Below are positions 16,469 to 20,000 of a stretch of 20,000 nt of DNA, in pieces (positions within the stretch are counted from its first letter, which is position 1; every line of letters starts with the position of its first letter). Below the pieces are notes generated by a model. That model was not told where the DNA came from. It saw nothing but the letters and a program-made list of their open reading frames with translations, and made no database searches. The DNA is from an uncultured virus (IMG/VR IMGVR_UViG_3300044715_001755) (lineage: Duplodnaviria; Heunggongvirae; Uroviricota; Caudoviricetes): the IMG/VR virus record IMGVR_UViG_3300044715_001755. The stretch is one strand, 5' to 3'. The translations under genes and the position numbers were made by a program.

Positions 16469-17396
16469 ATAGCACTCTCTTCTTTAGCCTAGCTAGTGCT
16501 TCATATCCTTTAATTTCATCTGGTGAAAGATCAGGATTGTGCTTGGCTAAGTATGCCTTGTCGTCATCTGGTATTATTTCCCAGAAATACGCGACCGCCT
16601 GTTCTAATTTGATTTTAGAATGGTCCATAAGAGCGATAATTCTATCGATTGATTCTTGAGATATCGGGTTACCGTTGGAACGTATATAGTCATCATCGAT
16701 CGGAGGAGCTCCTTCCAAACTTGTGAGTTGATTATTTGCACAATTGAAATATCTACCAACACTATTAGGGGCTCCCTTTAGTGAAGTGATCTTATTATAG
16801 GAACACCTAAAATCCCTTCCAACCTCAAGGGGTCCTCCCTCTAGGGTGGTAAGCGAGTTAGCATTGCAAAAGAAATCACCTGTCACGATTTGTGGTGCTC
16901 CCTCTAGCGAGGTGAGTCTGTTGCCATAGCACCGGAAACTACCGTCCTCGACCAGTGGTGCTCCCTCTAGGGAAGTTAGCCGATTCGTGGAACAATCGAA
17001 ATCTGAAGGGACTTTCTGAGGTGCTCCTTTTAGGGAGACGAGTTTGTTGCTGTAGCATAAGAATCTACGTCCCACTTCCTGTGGTGAACCCTCGAGTGAG
17101 GTTAACCAATTACCATAGCACAGAAAATCCACACCCACGCTTTGTGGTGCTCCTTCTAATGAAGTGATATCATTTGTGCCACAGTTAAAATTACCGCTAA
17201 CATGTCCGAATTTTACACCATTAAAACCCTTAATTTGCTGAGCCCTACAATCGAAATCACCCTCCACATCAACCAATCCGGTATCAGGATTAAGACTCCA
17301 CTTGCCACCAGTGCATTTATCTAGCCACCCGATCTGATCTGGTGTTAATTCTGGGCTATTCTCAAATATGTCTATAAATCTCTTGACGTGCCTCAT
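16467..17396 (-). CDS. 21-aa LRR protein, 8 core repeats
   Basis: Same architecture as its neighbours. Confidence 0.9.
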   Translation of the reverse strand: MRHVKRFIDIFENSPELTPDQIGWLDKCTGGKWSLNPDTGLVDVEGDFDCRAQQIKGFNGVKFGHVSGNFNCGTNDITSLEGAPQSVGVDFLCYGNWLTSLEGSPQEVGRRFLCYSNKLVSLKGAPQKVPSDFDCSTNRLTSLEGAPLVEDGSFRCYGNRLTSLEGAPQIVTGDFFCNANSLTTLEGGPLEVGRDFRCSYNKITSLKGAPNSVGRYFNCANNQLTSLEGAPPIDDDYIRSNGNPISQESIDRIIALMDHSKIKLEQAVAYFWEIIPDDDKAYLAKHNPDLSPDEIKGYEALARLKKRVL

Positions 17397-18004
17397 ATCA
17401 CTCTCTTCTTTAGTCTAGCTAGTGCTTCATACTCTCTTATCTCCTCCTGTGAGAGTCTTGGATTATATTGGGCAAGTAGTGCTCGATCGTCTTCATCCAT
17501 ATCGTCCCACTGCATCTCAACAGCTTCATACCAGTCCATGCCGGATTTCATTCGCTTATAGAGAGCTTTCAATGTGGGGTTAGAAACTGGATTGTCCCAG
17601 CAAAGAAATTCATTTCGAATACCCTCGGGTAACCCCTCTAGTGAGGTTAGCTGGTTTCCGTAGCAATAGAAATTCCTCCCAACCTTCTGTGGTGCACCCT
17701 TTAGTGAGGTGAGCTGGTTATTATGACAATAGAAACCATTTCCAACATTCTGTGGTGCTCCCTCTAAGGAGGTGAGCTGGTTGTTTCGACACCAGAAATC
17801 ACTGGTTACCTCCCCGAATTCCACACCCTTAAAATCTGTCAGTTTCTGTTCAGAACAATTGAAATCACCATCTATATCAACCAGCCCAGTTTCTGGATTA
17901 CGTATCCACATTCCTCTTGTGCACTTATCGAGCCACTCGATCTGTTCTGGTGTTAATGGAGTTCTAGCTTCAAAAAGCTCTTGATACCTCTTTACGTGCT
18001 TCAT
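17393..18004 (-). CDS. 21-aa LRR protein, 3 core repeats
   Basis: Same architecture; ATGA overlaps at both ends. Confidence 0.9.
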   Translation of the reverse strand: MKHVKRYQELFEARTPLTPEQIEWLDKCTRGMWIRNPETGLVDIDGDFNCSEQKLTDFKGVEFGEVTSDFWCRNNQLTSLEGAPQNVGNGFYCHNNQLTSLKGAPQKVGRNFYCYGNQLTSLEGLPEGIRNEFLCWDNPVSNPTLKALYKRMKSGMDWYEAVEMQWDDMDEDDRALLAQYNPRLSQEEIREYEALARLKKRVI

Positions 18005-18990
18005 AATACTCTCTTCTTTAGTCTAGCTATTGCTTGATACTCTCTTATCTCCTCTGGCGTGAGTCTAGGATTGTACTGTGCCACTAGTGCCCTATCGTCT
18101 TCATTCATATCGTCCCACAGCATCTCAACAGCTTCTTCCCAGGACATCCCTGATTTCATCTTCCTATAGAGAGATTTAAGCACGAGTACAGAAACTTGAT
18201 TTCCCTCACAATAAAGATCACCGCCAATCTTTTTCGGTACCCCCTCTAGTGAGATGAGCTGATTGTCCGCACAATTGAAATCTGTCCCAACTTTCCGGAG
18301 TGTTCCCTCTAGTGAGGTGAGCTGGTTACGTGAACAATTAAATCTACCATCAACAGTCTGGGGTGCTCCCTCTAATGTGATGAGCTGATTATCAGAACAC
18401 TTGAAATTCCCACCAACCCGCTGTGGAGCTCCCTCTAGTGTGGTCAGCTGATTTCTTTCACACCAGAAACTTCCTCCAACCTGTTGGGGAGCTCCCTCCA
18501 GTGAGGTGAGCTGGTTGTTCCCACAATAGAAATCCAACCAAATCTTCTGTGGCACTCCCTCTAGTGACGTGATGTAGTTATCGGAGCAAGTGAAATGATC
18601 TCCAACCTCCTTTGGCGCATTCACCAGTGAGGTAATCTGATTATCCGAACAATCGAAAGCCTTTCCAATCCGCTGTGGTGCCCCGTCTAGAGACGTGAGC
18701 TGATTGTCATAGCAAAAGAATCCTCTCAAAACCTCCTGTGGTGCCCCCTCCAGTGAGGTAAGCTGATTTCCGTTGCACCAGAAATCTCCTCTCACCACTC
18801 CAAATTTAACTCCCCTCAAATCTGTCAGGTCCTGTTCACTACAATAAAAAGTACCATTCACATTAACAAGTCCTGTTTGGGAATCGAGTGTCCATGTATC
18901 TTTAGTGCAGGAATCCAGCCACTCGATCTGCTCCTGTGTTAATCGAGTTTGGGCTTCAAAAAGCTCTTGATATTTCTTGACGTGTCTCAT
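18001..18990 (-). CDS. 21-aa LRR protein, 9 core repeats
   Basis: Same architecture. Confidence 0.9.
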   Translation of the reverse strand: MRHVKKYQELFEAQTRLTQEQIEWLDSCTKDTWTLDSQTGLVNVNGTFYCSEQDLTDLRGVKFGVVRGDFWCNGNQLTSLEGAPQEVLRGFFCYDNQLTSLDGAPQRIGKAFDCSDNQITSLVNAPKEVGDHFTCSDNYITSLEGVPQKIWLDFYCGNNQLTSLEGAPQQVGGSFWCERNQLTTLEGAPQRVGGNFKCSDNQLITLEGAPQTVDGRFNCSRNQLTSLEGTLRKVGTDFNCADNQLISLEGVPKKIGGDLYCEGNQVSVLVLKSLYRKMKSGMSWEEAVEMLWDDMNEDDRALVAQYNPRLTPEEIREYQAIARLKKRVL

Positions 18991-19727
18991 AGTATTCTCT
19001 TTTTAAATCTACCTAGTGCTTCGTATCCCTTTACTTCCTCCGGAGATAACGTGGGGTTATAGGGAGCCAATACGGCTAGGTCTTCCGGGTCCTTTATCTT
19101 CTCCCAGTATCTGACCAGTGATTCAGTAAAGCTATGTCCGGTCTTCATGCCAATATAGATCCATTGAAAGGTCGGAGAAGAAACCGGGTTATCGTGTAAT
19201 TCTAAAGTTCTTCCAATATATTTGGGCAAGCCCTCTAAAGAAACGATCTGGTTGCGAGGGAAAGCGAGATACCCACCAACGGAATCAGGAGATCCCTCTA
19301 GAGAGGTAAGAAAGTTTCTACCACAGTCGAAATAACCACCAACCCTCCTGGGCGCACCCTTTAGGGAGACGAGATTATTACGCGAGCAATTGTAATCCCA
19401 CTTAACAATAGAAGGCCCTCCCTCTAGTGTGGTGAGCTGATTGTCATAGCAGTAGAAATTGTTCCCTACCTCCTGTGGTGAACCGTCCAGAGAGGTGATA
19501 TTATTATAAGAGCAATCGAAATTTCCATCAACCTTTCCAAATCTCACTCCTTTAAAATCAGTTAGATCCTTTCTATGAACCCTGAAATTGCCCTCTATGT
19601 CAACCAGACCTGTTTCAGGATTAATGGACCAACTTCCGTCGGTCCACATATCTAACCATTTGATCTGCTCGGGTGTTAATTCGGTTTGTGATTCAAATAG
19701 CTCTTGGTATCCCTTGACGTGCTTCAT
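18987..19727 (-). CDS. 21-aa LRR protein, 5 core repeats
   Basis: Same architecture; first gene of the tandem array. Confidence 0.9.
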   Translation of the reverse strand: MKHVKGYQELFESQTELTPEQIKWLDMWTDGSWSINPETGLVDIEGNFRVHRKDLTDFKGVRFGKVDGNFDCSYNNITSLDGSPQEVGNNFYCYDNQLTTLEGGPSIVKWDYNCSRNNLVSLKGAPRRVGGYFDCGRNFLTSLEGSPDSVGGYLAFPRNQIVSLEGLPKYIGRTLELHDNPVSSPTFQWIYIGMKTGHSFTESLVRYWEKIKDPEDLAVLAPYNPTLSPEEVKGYEALGRFKKRIL

Positions 19728-19730
19728 GCT

Positions 19731-19740
19731 CTTATATATC
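19731..19740 (-). promoter_or_regulatory. GATATATA putative late promoter of the LRR array
   Basis: Minus strand reads GATATATAAG-agc-ATG, nearly identical to 4913-4929. Confidence 0.62.
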
Positions 19741-19744
19741 GGGA

Positions 19745-19999
19745 TTAGTTGAGACCAATCCTACGCTGACCGAGACACTGACCTAATAAGTCACCTGAGA
19801 CCTGCTGTGGTTGCATGCCCTGTTCTCTAATGGCCCACTGCACAAAGTCTATAATAGTGGGTCCATCCAATTCTTGAGCTGCTGGCAAAGCGGAGATTTT
19901 GCGAACTAGAGCCGCTTCCTCGTCTGTGACATCATCAGATTCAAAAGGCCAGTCCTGAGTGATGATCTCGTACTCGTCTCCCCCTAGGTACCAGATCAC
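19745..19999 (-). CDS. Hypothetical protein, 5'-truncated by the window edge
   Basis: Frame is open to the window end; stop at 19745. Confidence 0.6.
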   Translation of the reverse strand: MIWYLGGDEYEIITQDWPFESDDVTDEEAALVRKISALPAAQELDGPTIIDFVQWAIREQGMQPQQVSGDLLGQCLGQRRIGLN

Positions 20000-20000
20000 T

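Noticed and set aside
473..17984. Shadow ORFs in the track (e.g. 473-832, 1118-1423, 3165-3611, 4485-4757, 12821-13096, 13127-13594, 15725-15949)
   Set aside because: They lie antisense to or out of frame within better-supported genes and show no recognisable motifs.
15397..19727. Diversity-generating retroelement or CRISPR explanation for the repeats
   Set aside because: No reverse transcriptase and no TR/VR pair differing only at adenines seen in this window. The repeats are in-frame, degenerate 63-bp coding units, not identical repeats with spacers.
1..20000. Stop-codon reassignment (TAG or TGA), as in some large Bacteroidota phages
   Set aside because: Genes tile densely under code 11, conserved enzymes are intact, and TAG (1019, 9143, 11395) and TGA act as apparent stops at gene boundaries.
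1..20000. tRNA, rRNA, structured ncRNA or mobile elements
   Set aside because: Intergenic gaps are short (about 120 nt or less) and mostly explained by promoters and terminators. No cloverleaf, transposase or integrase was seen.

Overview
AT-rich, densely coding window that most likely comes from a large (jumbo/huge, T4-like-morphogenesis) tailed phage with a probable Bacteroidota host. The host guess rests on Bacteroidota-style GSII, cyclophilin and lipoprotein genes and on A-rich leaders without Shine-Dalgarno sites. No capsid, terminase or polymerase gene is present, so the phage call is inferred. Recognisable genes are a type II glutamine synthetase, an Srd-like/HNH-fold protein, a cyclophilin, an ECF-type sigma factor, an HExxH metallopeptidase, an SGNH + Cys-phosphatase fusion, an OmpA_C-like protein, a lipoprotein and seven 21-aa-LRR proteins (five in tandem). 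The main hidden pattern is that about 16 genes, many otherwise unrelated, share an N-terminal tag M-[KR]-[HNY]-[IV]-K-x-[FY]-x-x-[FLY]...E resembling the T4 capsid-targeting sequence. Many of them follow a GATATATA promoter-like motif, and eight also share a C-terminal ...[RN][IVL][IL] tail. This suggests a late-expressed, capsid-packaged (possibly injected) protein arsenal including a variable LRR library. A second promoter-like motif, AACT-N13-TGTCTATAAT, precedes the untagged glnII operon and the sigma gene.
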